Assembly: GCA_964643805.1 (NCBI GenBank)
Contig: CAZXUD010000001.1
Coordinates: forward strand, 9,147-42,721
Length of the DNA stretch: 33,575 nt
DNA from: an uncultured Candidatus Peribacteria bacterium
Lineage (GTDB): Bacteria; Patescibacteriota; Gracilibacteria; Peribacterales; Peribacteraceae
Direction of reading: 5' to 3'
Positions 33,401 through 33,575 of this stretch are shown piece after piece (within the stretch, counting starts at the first letter, position 1; each line of letters opens with the position of its first letter). Both the position numbers and the translations under genes were made by a program. The notes beneath the pieces are model-generated. The model worked only from the letters and a program-made list of their open reading frames with translations, ran no database searches and was not told the DNA's origin.

Positions 33401-33575
33401 CTCCACTTGGACAATCGCTGTCTTCTTCACATTCAATGACACACTGGTTGCTGCAGCCATCACCAGAGGCGGTATTACCGTCATCACATCCTTCTGTACC
33501 CTCGCGCGTGCCGTTGCCACAGAGTGGGTTACAGCTAGCTTCGGTTGGGTCACATGGTGCTACCTCGCGATGACA
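30483..33575 (-). CDS. Giant cysteine-rich-repeat surface protein, paralogue of the downstream gene; 5' end beyond the window (at least 1030 aa)
   Basis: The ORF-track start at 32867 is an internal TTG (Leu). Hand translation of the same frame stays open with the same Cys-rich repeat pattern from 32868 to 33575 (...[38 protein letters not shown]...). The tail is [29 protein letters not shown]. Confidence 0.85.
   Translation of the reverse strand, partial: [1030 protein letters not shown]
31581..33368 (-). repeat. Four tandem ~127-132-aa (~390 nt) composite Cys-rich coding repeats
   Basis: Units start at 33368, 32987, 32591 and 32198. Each unit comprises a DUF4215-like repeat, EFCGD(G)xxQ, CDNGSxC, DCRT(N/D)ADCRxC, RC(A/G)GDPNGxxC and (T/S)YxCxY. 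They are diverged at the DNA level. Confidence 0.8.

Noticed and set aside
30542-33573. Many 60-190-aa ORFs in other frames over gene 2. Examples: 32424-32993 (+), 31093-31530 (+), 30704-31219 (-), 32864-33142 (-) and 33197-33553 (-).
   Set aside because: These are compositional artefacts of a long repetitive gene. Only one minus-strand frame gives the regular Cys spacing and is open across the whole interval.
1-33575. Alternative genetic code (UGA recoding, as in some CPR lineages), prophage or mobile-element signatures, and rRNA or other structured ncRNA genes (tmRNA, SRP, RNase P).
   Set aside because: All conserved genes are full length under standard stops. No integrase, transposase or inverted-terminal-repeat signatures were seen. 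Intergenic gaps are too short or lack the conserved motifs of those RNAs. Only tRNA-Thr could be folded.

Overview
The window appears to come from a compact bacterial genome, possibly of the CPR/Patescibacteria type. That placement is an inference from several traits: no L30 gene at the S5-L15 junction, a class I LysRS, many r-proteins with long low-complexity tails, 1-4 nt gene overlaps, and weak Shine-Dalgarno signals. Conserved genes are intact under standard stop codons, so there is no sign of UGA recoding.

Layout:
(i) 1-4.9 kb holds a probably 5'-truncated sensor histidine kinase, a DMT/EamA transporter, an unknown polytopic membrane protein, DprA, tRNA-Thr(CGU), and an orphan 119-aa ORF with a good promoter plus a 17-bp perfect palindrome.
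(ii) 4.9-23.5 kb (minus strand) is one ribosomal super-operon: rplC-rplD-rplW-rplB-rpsS-rplV-rpsC-rplP-rpmC-rpsQ-rplN-rplX-rplE-rpsN-rpsH-rplF-rplR-rpsE, then an insertion (DJ-1/PfpI gene plus an opposite-strand SLH-CAP secreted protein), then rplO-secY-(orphan 96 aa)-adk-map-infA-rpmJ-rpsM-rpsK-rpsD-rpoA-rplQ-rplM-rpsI. rpsJ and rpmD are absent from their canonical places, and rpsS has no canonical start codon.
(iii) 23.5-33.6 kb is an accessory region. It holds two small secreted low-complexity proteins with their own promoter and terminator, class I lysyl-tRNA synthetase plus an HD hydrolase, and two tandem giant cysteine-rich-repeat (DUF4215 / Myxococcus Cys-rich-repeat-like) surface proteins.

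The first giant protein is about 40% GGx glycine-rich tracts. The second runs off the right edge of the window, so the ORF track truncates it at an internal TTG. Both end in the same non-canonical C-terminal sorting-signal-like tail. This giant-protein locus is the most unusual content of the window.
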